Of a stretch of 64,000 nucleotides of DNA, positions 45,550 through 64,000 are shown piece by piece. A program made the translations under genes and the position numbers. Numbering within the stretch: position 1 is the stretch's first letter; every line of letters starts with the position of its first letter. The stretch is from the NCBI RefSeq assembly GCF_009914755.1, contig NC_060935.1, one strand, 5' to 3'. The notes under the pieces were generated by a model. The model made no database searches. It had not been told where the DNA came from and saw only the letters and a list, made by a program, of their open reading frames with translations. The DNA is from the human T2T-CHM13v2.0 reference genome, Homo sapiens.

Positions 45550-46427
45550 TCCCTTAAGTTCTTAAGAGCTCACTGTCATGCTGTCTTGTTCTCTCTTCAT
45601 GAGATTCTCCCCCCACACTTCAGTGTTTCCTTCCCAGCCCTTTTACCCCCAAGACTGTTTGCCTGCCTTATGTAGCTCACAAGAGCCCTGACAGAACATC
45701 TCTCATTCATTCCCCGCAAAACTGTTTCCAGCCTCCTTGCTCTGACTTTGCAGCACTCGCCAGCCTGGCCCTGCCTTCCATTTGACTTCCAGTGTCCGTA
45801 TCAATTCCCATCAGCAGAAACAAAGGAGCTGCCGCACTCAACCTTGTTTATCCAATTTTATTCTGTGTGGTGAAGACGTGGCTGCCTCCTAAAGGCGAGC
45901 CCACAGAGGCAAGGCTGCCTTCTCCATTCTGCTCTCCAACGTGAGATTCGTGCCTACCTCAGATTACAGTCATTACAGCTCATTGAATCACGCCAGGCTA
46001 TATTTGTGGCATTGCCGTCTCTGTGTGTCGTATGTGTCTTTTTTACTTGCTGGGCACATGCTAAGTTATGCAGTGGTCTATTGTGGCTGCTCACTGAAGG
46101 ACCCTGTCACATTCTAGAGCAGGGTTTGTTGGTGTAGCCCGAGTTACGGACAGAAACCACAGAGACTTAATCTGTTTGCTGTCTCATCCCCAGGCTGTTT
46201 CTTGTAAAATCCTGATATGTCAAAGCTCATTTGGTCCAACCTCCTCAATCTATAGAAGAGTAACCAAGGTCCACCTGGGCTGACTAAGTGTCCATGTTCG
46301 TGTGACTTGCAGGCAAGCCAGGTCTTTTTACTCTCAAGTCAAGTCTGACTGTATCTCAGACATCGTCATGAGTATTAGGGATACTATGAGAAATAAATCA
46401 ATTCTGCCCTTGGTTTAAGATTGATTG

Positions 46428-46560
46428 ACGCCAGGTACTGTGACACATGCCTCTATTCCCAGATACTTGGGAGGCTAAGGCAGGAGGATCACTTGAGCCA
46501 GGAGTTTGTGTCCAGCTTGGGCAACATAGTGAGACCTTGTCTCTTAAAAAAAAAAAAAAA
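46428..46560 (+). mobile_element. Alu monomer (FLAM-like)
   Basis: Single arm with poly(A) tail. Confidence 0.8.
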
Positions 46561-47601
46561 CAAGATTGATTGAATATAAGATCGAGTTTGTTAACCTCCA
46601 TTACCAAAGTCCTTGTTAAACCCTGCAAGATGAGAACAAGATAGGTTCTATATACACGCTTCTTAGAACCAGATAACTCCTGGCACTGTGCAGTTTTCCA
46701 GTTTTCCACTTAAAGATTTACCCTTGATTCAGATTTCAAATTGAGTCTTTTGAGACCAAGAAGATTTTTTCCTATATAATTTTATTTTGTGAGAATGGAG
46801 AAGAACCCTAAGATGGGCCTTAGAGCAAACAAGTTTCTTATGAGTGATGGTGCTCAATAAAAGCTTCAAGGAACTTCAGGTACTTGTAGACATCTTCCAT
46901 AAATGTAAAATTAATTAGTTGATTAAAAACCTAGTTCAAAATTCAAAAGATATAAAAAGGCATATGGAAGGAAGTGGCCTAGTCACCCACTTTTTCTCCC
47001 CGCTGACCTGCAGTTTCTTTTCCATTTTGTTACATAAATGATAGTTTTATTTGACGCTTCTCAGCAGTGTACCTTGCTTTGCTTTTTGTCCCTAGTTAAC
47101 TTGAAATTGTTTAATATCAGTATGTGAAGAGCTTCCTTCTTATGGCTAAGTAGAATTTCATTGTATGGATTTACCATAGTTTGCTAAATACATTTTAATA
47201 AGTCCCCTAGACTTTGAACTCTTTCCCTCTGGAGCAGACCTTGGGGCAAGGATGTGGGAGCATGTAGTTTATTTGGGAGGTGATTCTAGGAAAGAGGGAA
47301 TAAGGAGGAACTTAGGAGGGACTATCATCTGCTTCTTAGCCTCATAAGGGTTAAGAGAAATAGCATCTTAACTAGCACAGGGGTGGGCTTGTGAGACACG
47401 TGGAGTGAACATTCTTTCACCTCTTTGGGGGTTAAACTTAAGTCTGATTAGACATATGATGAAATCATGTGTTCCTGATGGTAATTTATTTGTAAAGTAA
47501 TTCCTCATGATGGCCTAGAAAAGGGGCTTCGTGTCCCATGAGGCAGAAGTGGAGGCAAATAGAACGGAAGAGACAGCCACCCAGTCCCTTGAGCCTTCTA
47601 G

Positions 47602-47886
<285 letters not shown>

Positions 47887-48237
47887 TAAGGAGGAAGAAG
47901 CCTCCTCATCTTAGGTGATGAGACAGTTGATAGGGTTTTCCCTACTGCCTTCCACCTATGGATGAATATGGTCTTCCTGTGATTAGAAACCCAGGGAGGA
48001 TGAAGCAGATGTTTGATACCAGCATCTTTGTTTTCTGCCCTGCTGAGGCCATTGTGTGTCTGGAGAACTATGTGTTAGCCAAGGCCCTGAAGCTTATATA
48101 TCTATTTTTCTTTTCCACAGACTATTCCACCTAACCCCCTAGGCCCTCACTGTCAGAATTTCTCCCTTGCTCTAGAACTCAAAGGGGGGCCTACTTAATT
48201 AGAAAGTGTTTGGTATTACTTTCTAATACTGGGTTAG

Positions 48238-48393
<156 letters not shown>

Positions 48394-48701
48394 TGAGCAG
48401 AGGCGTGGCCTGCTGCATGGTGAGAGCCTGCTAATCACTGTGATATACCAGGCCCAGTACTAGATCCCAAATATACTCAAATGAATATGATGTGATTCTT
48501 TCCTTTAAGGACCTCAGTCTAGAAGGGGAGACAGGTAAACAGATAAGTTATGGTGCCAAGTGAACTAGGGTGTCTTAATTCCTGGGCGTGCAGAGAACAA
48601 AAGATAGTGACAGACCTTTGGTAAGCCCCAGCATTATGTGGACTCAGAGCAGTCTGCTTTCAGCCCTTTTGAGCCTTGCTTTATCCTGACCTTGCTTGCA
48701 G

Positions 48702-48865
48702 ACACAGACCAGACCCTGAAGAAGGAGGGGCTGATCTCTCAGGATGGCAGTAGTTTAGAGGCTCTGTTGCGCACTGACCCCCTGGAGAAGCGAGGTGCCC
48801 CGGATCCCCGAGTTGATGATGACAGCCTGGGCGAGTTTCCTGTGACCAACAGTCGAGCGCGAAAG
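48702..48865 (+). CDS. DPF2: DPF2 exon 4
   Basis: [23 protein letters not shown]...RARK; ttgcag acceptor, gtacag donor; 164 nt. Confidence 0.95.
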
Positions 48866-49078
48866 GTACAGGATTATCCCTGTGGCTAAGGGAGCTTTGA
48901 TGGAAATCAGCCTCCTCTTCACTGGGGGCCACCTAGTTTCTAGAACTGAAACAGAAGCTGGAGTCCAGGAAGCAGGCCCCTGCAGTTCTGTTCTTACTTC
49001 AGTCCCTGATTATTGTCAGGTACTGACTGGCTTCTCTGTTGCTTCTAACTATAGACTCTCATTCATTCACTTTTATCA

Positions 49079-50625
<1,547 letters not shown>

Positions 50626-51047
50626 GCTTCCCACAAGGTCACACAAATAAGCAACAACATTTTAATTTAAACTAGGAGGCGAGTGTCAGGACAGAACCAC
50701 CAATAATGTGCTCCCAGGGTGGCCAATCAGAGGCAGGAGAGGGCATGGCTGCTTGTGGCATCAGGGCAACCTTTTGGAAGCATGCTATTTGATTTGGCCA
50801 TGTGGCATGGTGGGGAAAGCATTTCAGGCTAAGGAAATAACGTGAAGCACAGGGGAAAGATATCCCAAAGTATGGAAGGGAGCAGGAGCAGGATTATAGC
50901 ATGCTTGAAAGGCGTTGGTGAGGAATGAGGCTGGTGTGGGTGGGACCACGTCACAGAGGAGGTTCTGGGTGGCCTTGGCCAGTCTCATCATAGGGGAGCT
51001 TTTGGATGCACATATTTCTACCCATGCTAACCCTCCTGTCCACTCAG

Positions 51048-51140
51048 CGGATCCTAGAACCAGATGACTTCCTGGATGACCTCGATGATGAAGACTATGA
51101 AGAAGATACTCCCAAGCGTCGGGGAAAGGGGAAATCCAAG
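51048..51140 (+). CDS. DPF2: DPF2 exon 5 (acidic stretch + KRRGKGKSK)
   Basis: actcag acceptor, gtgagg donor; 93 nt. Confidence 0.96.
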
Positions 51141-51218
51141 GTGAGGGGCCAGCGTGCTGCCTGCATCTTGGGACAGGGTGGCCTAGGGAATTCCTTATTT
51201 TATTTCAAGTGAGATTAG

Positions 51219-52088
<870 letters not shown>

Positions 52089-52937
52089 TGAAGGCTGCCT
52101 TTACCACTGCTTGTTTCCCACAAACCTGCTCCTAGAGCTGCTCGGCCCAGTGCATGGGGTGGCTTCAGAAGCATTATCAGGAGCCCATTACAATCAGACC
52201 CTTCCGCTCCCTCCCCAGACCAGGCAGCTGGTGGTCAGCTCATGTTCCCCACTGCCCCACCACCTCCTCCTGCCATCCTCTCTCCCCACTCCTTTCCTGC
52301 TGGCCCCCTTGCCCTTCTTGGTATTACTTCTCAAGATGACAAAATGCCTCATGGGGATCTGCTTTCCTTGCTGATTGGCAGGCCTGGACAGGGCAATTAC
52401 ATGGGAGTGTGCTTGAATTTCTTTGGGGACCAACTGCCCAACTGGCTTCATTGATAGGCTATCCCCAAGAAACCCATCCCCTGCTTGTTTACCCACATTC
52501 AGGGGAGATGGGCTCCATGGTGTGTGGGGTAGCATGAGCCTCCCACATTTACTGAGGGGTAAAAAAGTTTGGAGTCTTATCCACTTTTCCCCCTTCCTGC
52601 CACCCCAAAGATATAGGAATATCCTTCCCTTTCCTGACCTGGAGCGTCCCAGACTGTTAGTATATCCCAGAGCAACTAACTGGTGATGGGGCAAGGGCTA
52701 AGCCCCCCAAAAGTCAACATGGAAGAGCAGTGGTGGCCATGGGGTTGGAGTTCAGGAGGGAAAAGAGCCCCAGAAGCTAGAGAGCCCCACGGCCTGATGC
52801 TCCTGGCTGAGGGGAAGTGGCCGTCACTCAAGGCCTGTCCCAGAGTGGAGCTGCTAGGGGAAGGGATGGTTGCCCTCTGCCTCAGGTGGAGCCCCCACAG
52901 CTTGCAGGGATGGGGACATGGCACTCTTGTATCCTAA

Positions 52938-53180
<243 letters not shown>

Positions 53181-53232
53181 TGAGTGGCTCAGGGACCCCC
53201 ATGGGTGTCATCAAAACTCTTTCTCTCTGTAG

Positions 53233-53361
53233 CCAAAAAGGGTCCTGATGGATTGGCCTTGCCCAACAACTACTGTGACTTCTGCCTGGGGGACTCAAAG
53301 ATTAACAAGAAGACGGGACAACCCGAGGAGCTGGTGTCCTGTTCTGACTGTGGCCGCTCAG
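53233..53361 (+). CDS. DPF2: DPF2 exon 8 (start of PHD1, YCDFC...CSDCGRS)
   Basis: ctgtag acceptor, gtactg donor; 129 nt. Confidence 0.96.
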
Positions 53362-53479
53362 GTACTGCTTCCCGTGAAGGCTGCTGCTTTGCCCAGTCCC
53401 CAAGGGGCTCTTGGCTTGCTGGCCTCTAGGGCTGTCATAACCAGCCCACCTCGCTTTTCCTAACCAAGAGAAGATGTAG

Positions 53480-53731
<252 letters not shown>

Positions 53732-53809
53732 TAAAGTGAGCTTTCTTTTAAAAAGGGAGCAGGATCCCTCCCACATGCCACACGCCCCTCCCTAGCATCT
53801 CAGTCAGAA

Positions 53810-55889
<2,080 letters not shown>

Positions 55890-56095
55890 ATACCATAGAG
55901 CTTGGGCTTTAGGGAAAAAAAAAAAAAAAAAAAAGTGGAGGTGATTTGATCAATTAGGAGCTCTGAAAGGACCCAAGTGAGAAATGACAGTGACTGGATC
56001 TGCGGTGGAGAGGGGCAGCATGGTTTCCCACATAAGATTCTCACATCTGTTCTTACCTGCTACCTACCCCTCTTGGAAATAGCAGTGTCCTGTAG

Positions 56096-56344
<249 letters not shown>

Positions 56345-56816
56345 TAAAGCACCTTGCCTTGGCTCAGTTTAGAATGCCTTCCTAACATTTCAACTTAAAG
56401 GGTTTAGTGTTTGCACATTATCAGCTACATTTACAACAGAAAATCAACAGCCCAGAAGAAAGCAGATGCTGAGCCGAGATCAGGCACCCAGAAGGAATGA
56501 TTTATTTTCTTCCAACCAGTCCAGAAAACTCAAGTGGTAGATTATCTGATGTGAAACTTCTGCAGTCAACTCTTGAAATTTGATAGATTTGAGCATTTAT
56601 TTCCTATCCCTTCCCCTTCTGAACTGGGAAGGGACTTGACTTTGGAGCCTGAATGGGTCAGTCTGCTTCTCCGATAACTTACTGTAATAATGGTCCAAAT
56701 TTATTAAAGCTATTCACTGAAACCAGTGGTGGCACCAAGAATTGGTTGCATCTCCACAAGTCCCCTTCCAGCTGGATTTCTGTACATAAACACCTCCTGT
56801 ACAGAAATTGAGTAGC

Positions 56817-57136
<320 letters not shown>

Positions 57137-57559
57137 TTACTCAGAACACAAATGCCCAGGAGCTGTTACTGTGCACAAAGGATGTGGGCCAGCATTACAG
57201 GCAAGAGAAAGTGTTTCATTGTGTGATGTAAGCTGACTTGTAACATATCGGTCAAACTGCTGTCACCCCTCTAGAGAATGAGGCCCCTGACAATGTCTAA
57301 GAGTCCTTTAGCAGCTGTAGGGGAGTACTCAGCTTCTGTCAGGCCCAGTTTATGAATCTGCTTTGGGGAGAAGTCGCATGTTTATGTTTTGTTTTGTTTT
57401 GTTTTTTTAAACCATCAAACAGATGATCTATGTTACAGAATGGCTTTCCTATTAAAGTTCTGTGGGACATCGAGGTAGTGGAGAGCTGCAGGCCCGAGTG
57501 TCCTCACTGTAGTGTTAAGGCAGCTGAGGGGCAACCCCTAGAAGTATCAGATGTTCTAG

Positions 57560-58395
57560 GTCAGGGTCAGCAAGCTACAAGCTAAAACCTATGGACCACA
57601 TCCAGCCACAGCCAGCTTAAATAGCTTGCAAGCTGTTTTGTTTTCTTTTCTTTTCTCTTTTTCTTTTTCTTTCTTTCTTTTTTTTTTTTTTTTTTGAGAC
57701 AGTGTCTTGTTCTGTTGCCCATGTTGGAGTGGAGTGGCATGATCTCAGCTCACTGCAACCTCTGCTTCCCCGGGCTCAGGTAATCTGGTAATCCTCCCAC
57801 CTCAGCCTCCTGAGTACCTGGGACTACAGGCATGCCACCACACCCGGCTAATTTTTGTATTTTTAGTAGAGACGGGGTTTTGCCATGGTGCCCAGGCTGG
57901 TCTCGAACTCCTGGGCTCAAGTGATCCACCCACCTCAGCTTCCCAAAGTGCTGGGATTACAGGTGTGAACCACTGCATCTAGCCTGAAGAAAATCCCCTT
58001 AAAAATATAAAAACTGGCTGTGCACTGTGGCTCGCATCTGTAATCCCAGCACTTTGGGATCTCTTGAGCCCAGGGGTTCAAGACCAGCCTGGGCAGCATG
58101 GCAAAACCCCATCTTTACTAAAAATAGAGAAATTAGCTGGGCGTGGTGCTGTGCGCTTGTAATCTCAGCTACTATAGAGGCTGAGGCAAGAGAATTGCTT
58201 GAATCTGGGAGGCAGAGGTTAGAGTAAGCTGAGATCACACTGCTGTACTCCAGCCTGAGCAACAGAGCGGAAACTCTTGTCTCAGAAAAAAAAAAAATAA
58301 AGGGAGTTAAAAAAAAAATGCATGAGACTGTATGTGGCTCACACACCCTAAAATATTTAACACTCTGGCTCTTTACAGAAAACTTTGCCAACCGT
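57560..58395. mobile_element. MER58-like hAT DNA transposon relic split by two Alus (- 57640-57984, + 58015-58300)
   Basis: cagggtcagcaag... start and ...ctttacagaaaactttgccaacc end resemble MER58 termini. Confidence 0.6.
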
Positions 58396-58891
58396 ATTGA
58401 CCTTTGGGTTAGAAAGGATTTACATTTTTGAGTCACCTGTTTCTGAAGAGCTGATAAAAGCCCTAGAATAATGTCCAAATGCGCATAGGTATAATTTTGC
58501 TTATCATTTCAAGGCATTAAGGACTAATTTTATTCAAAAAAAATTAGAAGAATTCAGCCATAGTCAATATTAATAAACAAGGAATGACCCAATTGTTTTT
58601 CATATAAGGGACAATTATTTTGTGTTTTTTAGTGAAACTACACAAGTCTTAAAACTGAGGTGCTTGACAAACTTCTGTCTTCCCAGGCCCTCTTCCTACT
58701 CCCAAAACTTCTGATTTAATAGGGCCAAGAGGGCCTGGGCATCAGTATTCTGAAGTCCTCTAGATGATTATTTCTTTCATCTCCATAGAGGATGATATTT
58801 CACAATATTTGAAGACTTAGAGGTTTATCCCAGCTCAGGAAACCATGGAACTTTCCTGCTGCAGAGCATCCCTCGTCCTACCTGTAGCTGA

Positions 58892-59062
<171 letters not shown>

Positions 59063-60263
59063 TGTGGCCACCCACCTGCTCCCCGACATATCTAAGGCTG
59101 TTTCTCTCCTCCACTTCATATTTCATACCCATCTTTCCCTTCTTCCTCCTCTCCTTCACAAATCCAGAGAACCTTGGGGTGGTTGTGCCAGCCTGCCTTT
59201 GGCAGCTGCAAGCTGAGGTGGCAGCTCTGACCACCTCTGGCCCCAGGCCCTCAGGGAGAAAGGAGCAACACACTGCCCCTAGGCGTGCGTGTGGCCCAGT
59301 TTCTCTCTGCTCTCCATTAAGTGCATTCACTCTGCTTGCCTTGGGCCCAGCCCCTGGTGATCACAGGGTTCAAACAGTGTCCTCCTAGAAAGAGTGGGAG
59401 AGCAGCTCACTTCTCTGTGTTCTGCCTCCCCTCTGGTCTCCAGAGTTTTCCTGTCCTCTAGAGGCAAGCCAGGCCAGGGAGCTGGGAGCGAGCAAGCTGA
59501 GGCCACGTCCACAAGGAGCTTTTCATGCCCCTGTGCCGCATAGCCTCACCTCTTTCCTCCAGAGTGGCTCTCTGCGGCCCTGTGTTCCTGCTACAGAGTG
59601 TTCTTTTCTGGAGTCAGGATGTTCTCGGTCACCCTCCTGGTTCTGCCCTGTCCCATTCCACCCCACCCCAGGGGGAACAGTAGCTTCACCTTGTTATTCC
59701 CATTGCTCTCCTGGCTCACTCTTACGGTCGGTCTCCAGTGACTGAAGCATTCCCCACCCTTGGAATTTCTCATCTTCTGCCTCCCTTCCTACTCCTTTTG
59801 GTTTTGTGGGGAGAGGGGAAGGATCAGGGGGCCAGGCCAGCAGCTCGGGGGCCACAAGGAGATGGATAATGTGCCTGTTTTTTAACACAACAAAAAAGCC
59901 TACCTCCAAAATCCCCTTTTTGTTCTTCCTGGACCTGGGCATTCAGCCTCCTGCTCTTAACTGAATTGGGAGCCTCTGCCACCTGCCCCGTGTATCCTGG
60001 CTCTCAGCTCATGGGGAAGCCACATAGACATCCCTTTCTTCCCTTGCACGCTCGCTAGCAGCTGGTAAGGTCTTCACACCCTGATTCCTCAAGTTTTCTG
60101 CTTAGTGGCACTGACATTAAGTAGTGGGGGGACAGTCCATGCCAGGACACCCTGGAGTAGCCTTCCCCCTTGGCCGTGGGCAGGCCCTAACTCACTGTCG
60201 CTTTGGAGTTGAGGTGTCTTTTTTTTTTCTTTCTTTAGTTCCTGTATTCTAAACATTAGTAAA

Positions 60264-60269
60264 AATAAA
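60264..60269 (+). terminator. DPF2: DPF2 main poly(A) signal AATAAA
   Basis: First AATAAA after the stop, preceded by a U-rich tract and TGTA. Confidence 0.75.
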
Positions 60270-61699
60270 TGTTTTTACACAGAGCCCTCTGCTGGATGGT
60301 TTATCTCCTGCCTTTCTCCATTAAGAAGGCCATTTCATCCTAAGATTTCCATGATGGTGGTTTTTTTTTTTAATGTTTTGAAATACAGCTTTTTTCCCCC
60401 CAAATTAAAATTTTTTTGTGGAACCCCAATATGTAAAGCGAATATAAAATTGGTTATTTTGTTTTGTTACATAAATTCAAGTTTATAACAATTCTTTGTT
60501 ATAAAGAACAATGAAGCTGTTTTGATCAATACAAAATTTGGGTTAAAATCAACTTTAACATCTATTTTTATGTTTCAGTTGATTTGGAGAATTCTCCTAG
60601 TCTTGGATACATAGATGGAAGTGATGACAGGTTTATAACAGTTGACCTTGCAATCTCAGACATTTAAAACAGGACCAGAAGTTTATATAAATATAATTAA
60701 TAAGCAAACTAATGACATCACCATGGGACACACACAAAAGTTCTTGCAGGAGCAGGGTCTGTGTGGCTTCAGTTGCCTGCAGCGCTCCCAGGCCAGAGCA
60801 AGTGCTCTAGGATCTGAACTGCCCGCAGTGCAGCCCTGCAGCCTTTCCCAGGGCACGTTGATGTGCACACAGTTTCCCTGAAGGCAAAGTGAACATGTGG
60901 AGAGCTTACGTGGCAGCGCGTATGTCTTCAGTGTGTGTTTTAGAAGTCCAACTGTTGTTTTTATGTTTTTAAAGGAAAGATTTGAATCAAGCAGTTATGG
61001 GCCCCCTGAAGTATCCTTTTTTCTAGAACATTCTGAAAGTCATCCTTGCCTATGGGAAGCCTAGGCCGGCCTGCACTGTTATGTTCAATAAATAAGCAGG
61101 GTGCTCTGGGCTGGGGATTGTGTGAGGAGCAGAGCGCAGCCCGTCCTCATGCTTTTCCACTGAAGTAGGCCAGGCAGAGAGGGAGTACAGCAATGGATGC
61201 GCTTTGGCAGCTGAGTAGTCCGAGAGCCAGAAAAGAAATGTGGAAAATAAGAACGCTGTAGCAGGCCTAGGTGAGGAAATTTAGGAAGGGTTTGCGGGAG
61301 GTAGGATTTGAGATGGGTCTTGGAGAGTTGGACAGTGTCAGCCGGTAGGACGGGGGTGCGGACGGAAGCCTGTGAGGAAGGCAGAGGATGCGGAGCTGTG
61401 AGCGGAGGGAGCAGCGAGGCTGGAGAGCAGCTGGGCTGCGGGTCAAGACGTCTGCGTTTAATTCGGGACTGAAGGTTAGCAGGGAAGGGAACGATGCCAG
61501 ATCTTGAGTTTAAGAACTTGAATCTTGTAAAGTACCAAATCTAATAAAATACTCGTCCTAAATCATTACTGGCCCAAGCATGCAGTGTTTCCGTGGCCGA
61601 CAGACTCGAGCCAGCGCTGTCCATGGTAACCAGCTTTTGTGTGGCTTAAAGCTTGCATCCATTTTCTCCTTTCATCGTTTTCCCAAAACAATTCCGTGA

Positions 61700-62560
61700 G
61701 GGCTGTTAGCCCTGCTTGGTAGACGAAGAAGCCGATGCGGTCTAGGGTCACGGCCAGGGAGGCTTTGGGACGCCAAGTCAGCTCGGCGGTCACCACACCA
61801 CCTACAGGGCTCGTCGGGCCCTCGGGGTCGGCGGCTGCTGGAGGCGCCCAGGGGAGTCCTGCTGGTTCCTGGCTCCGCCTCCCGCCCCTCCGCGCTAGAA
61901 GCCCCGCCCCCAGAGGGGCTCGACGAACCGCCACTTCCGCAACGTCCAATGAAACTTAGCCGGGGGAGGGACGGGGCGCCACTGAGGACCAATCTGCTTG
62001 GGCCGGGGCGGGGCTGCGGCGGGTGGGTGCAGAGGGGCCGCACCGCGGACTTCGCAGCCGGGAGAGAGCCCGGCGCGGGCGGCGCGCACGGGACTCTGCT
62101 GTGCGCGCGCCCGCCCGCCCGCCGTCCGCGCAGGCCCTCGGTCCGCTCTGCCCTCGGGGTCGTGGCGCCCATCCCTCCCCTGTTCTGCTGTCGCCGCCCG
62201 GACAGGGGCTCGGGAGCCGGGCTGGGGGCAGGGGCTGGAGCCGCGGGACCAGCGCCTGAGGTGGGTGCGGAGCGGGAGGCCGGGCGGGCGGGCGCCTGGG
62301 GCCGCCCCGCCGACATACTCCGGGTCGAGGGGGAGTGACCGGCCAGGGCACGGAGTCCGGCTGCCGGCCTGCCTGGGTCCGGGCGTTCGTTCCCGCGCCC
62401 TGGGACCCTCCCAGGCCACCACCCTCCCCGCGGGGACACCCCGCCCCTCCGCTGCCCGCAGCCTCCTCAGGCCTCCCGCCCTTTGTCGCTCGTGCACCTG
62501 CGCCCTCGGCCCTGCCCTCTCGCTCCCCTCAGGACTGACCGTCGCCTAGCCTCCCTCTCA
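61700..62560. promoter_or_regulatory. TIGD3: CpG island / TIGD3 promoter
   Basis: ETS site CACTTCCG 61932-61939; CCAAT at 61946 and 61989; GC box about 62005; dense CpG. Confidence 0.88.
62060..62260 (+). other. TIGD3: TIGD3 non-coding exon 1 (5' end approximate)
   Basis: Donor GAG|gtgggt at 62261; matching acceptor cacag ending at 63095. Confidence 0.6.
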
Positions 62561-63111
62561 GGACCCGGCACCAAATTAGCCTCGCTCCTTCAGACACCCT
62601 CTGTCCCCTTTGTCGTCTGTACACCTGTCACCTCAACTCTGTGTGCATCCACCCACCTCCCACCCCCCAGCGGCGTCATCTGAATCCAGCCCAAGCCGCC
62701 TCCCACTCCCTCCCGGGGGCTCCTCCCCCGCAGCCCCGTAGCCCCACACCTGCCCCCTCGGCCCCAGTCCCAGGCCCTCCCCCGTCCGTATGCCTTTGTT
62801 ATCTCTGCAGCTGTCCCCTGCACTTTTCATCCTTCTTCCCGAGTGAGGCCAGACCCCAGCCCAGACTCCCCTGTCCTTCTGAGTGGAGAGACGCCCCCTC
62901 CCCAGCTCTGCCCTGGCATCCTGGGGACGGGGCCAGCCGGCTTCCACTCGGCCTAGCCACTTCCTCTTTCAGCGGGTCCAGTCTCACCCGGTGCCTGCGC
63001 AAGTCCTCATCTAATCTCTTTTCCCTCCTGCGCTCCTTTCCTAGCTCTTCCGGCCTCAGATTACTCTACCCGCTCAATCTTTCCTCCCCGCACAGGTGCC
63101 CCGGAGAGGCC

Positions 63112-64000
63112 ATGGAGCTGAGCAGCAAGAAGAAGCTTCACGCCCTGTCCCTGGCCGAGAAGATCCAGGTGCTGGAACTCCTGGATGAGTCCAAGATGTC
63201 CCAGTCGGAGGTGGCCCGGCGCTTCCAGGTTTCCCAGCCCCAGATCTCGCGCATCTGCAAGAATAAGGAGAAGCTGCTGGCGGACTGGTGCAGCGGCACA
63301 GCCAACCGAGAGCGCAAGCGCAAGCGGGAGTCCAAGTACAGCGGGATCGACGAGGCTCTGCTCTGCTGGTACCACATTGCCCGGGCCAAGGCCTGGGACG
63401 TGACGGGGCCCATGCTGCTCCACAAAGCCAAGGAGCTGGCCGATATCATGGGCCAGGACTTCGTGCCCAGCATCGGCTGGCTGGTCCGCTGGAAACGCCG
63501 AAACAACGTCGGCTTTGGGGCCCGCCATGTTCTTGCGCCTTCATTCCCCCCTGAGCCACCTCCCCCGGGGCTCACATCCCAGGCTCAGCTGCCTCTTTCC
63601 CTAAAAGACTTCTCTCCAGAGGACGTGTTTGGCTGTGCTGAATTGCCCTTGCTGTATCGGGCAGTGCCCGGCAGCTTTGGTGCATGTGATCAAGTACAGG
63701 TGCTGCTGTGTGCCAACAGCAGGGGCACCGAGAAGCGGCGGGTACTGCTGGGTGGGCTCCAGGCTGCCCCGAGATGCTTCTTTGGGATCCGCAGTGAGGC
63801 TCTGCCTGCCTCCTACCACCCGGACCTGGGCATCCCCTGGTTAGAGTGGTTGGCACAGTTTGACCGGGACATGGGACAGCAGGGCCGACAGGTGGCTTTG
63901 CTGCTGGCTGCCCGAGTGGTGGAGGAGCTGGCAGGCCTGCCTGGGCTCTACCACGTGAAGCTCTTGCCTCTGGCCGCCTCTAGCACCACGCCTCCCCTGC
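63112..64000 (+). CDS. TIGD3: Tigger transposable element-derived protein 3 (domesticated pogo-family transposase), truncated by the window end
   Basis: gccATGG Kozak; 296 open codons MELSSKKKLHALSLAEKIQVL... with psq-type HTH, CENP-B-type HTH (IDEALLCWY...GPMLLHKA...SIGWLVRWKRRNNV) and the start of a DDE_1-like domain. Confidence 0.95.
   Translation, partial: MELSSKKKLHALSLAEKIQVLELLDESKMSQSEVARRFQVSQPQISRICKNKEKLLADWCSGTANRERKRKRESKYSGIDEALLCWYHIARAKAWDVTGPMLLHKAKELADIMGQDFVPSIGWLVRWKRRNNVGFGARHVLAPSFPPEPPPPGLTSQAQLPLSLKDFSPEDVFGCAELPLLYRAVPGSFGACDQVQVLLCANSRGTEKRRVLLGGLQAAPRCFFGIRSEALPASYHPDLGIPWLEWLAQFDRDMGQQGRQVALLLAARVVEELAGLPGLYHVKLLPLAASSTTPPL

Noticed and set aside
63061-63856. ORF-track calls in this interval
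   Set aside because: Off-frame or antisense shadows; the real CDS starts at 63112 and runs off the window

Overview
Human genomic DNA, Alu-dense and GC-rich. I recognise it from the encoded proteins as the 11q13.1 segment POLA2(3' end)-CDC42EP2-DPF2-TIGD3(5' end), all on the + strand. It contains the last five coding exons of POLA2 (DNA polymerase alpha B subunit), CDC42EP2/Borg1 (non-coding exon 1 in a CpG island, 210-aa single-exon CDS), and the complete DPF2/BAF45d gene (11 exons summing to 1176 nt = 391 aa, plus a 42-nt cassette exon). The first 296 codons of TIGD3, a domesticated pogo/Tigger transposase, are also present; the ORF track misses them because the stop lies outside the window. 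There are three CpG-island promoters, strong CTCF motifs, dozens of Alus, L1/L2/MIR/MLT1/MER remnants and microsatellites. I found no new gene, CRISPR array or structural RNA gene. Two RNA-processing modules deserve follow-up. (1) At the DPF2 C2H2 finger, a cassette exon, an in-frame re-splicing donor and a stop-free 510-nt intron all alter the same zinc finger without frameshift. (2) The POLA2 3' end has a weak ATTAAA, an Alu inserted in the downstream element, inverted Alus around the last exon and downstream alternative acceptors. Both are hypotheses from sequence alone. Repeat boundaries and family calls are by eye and approximate.
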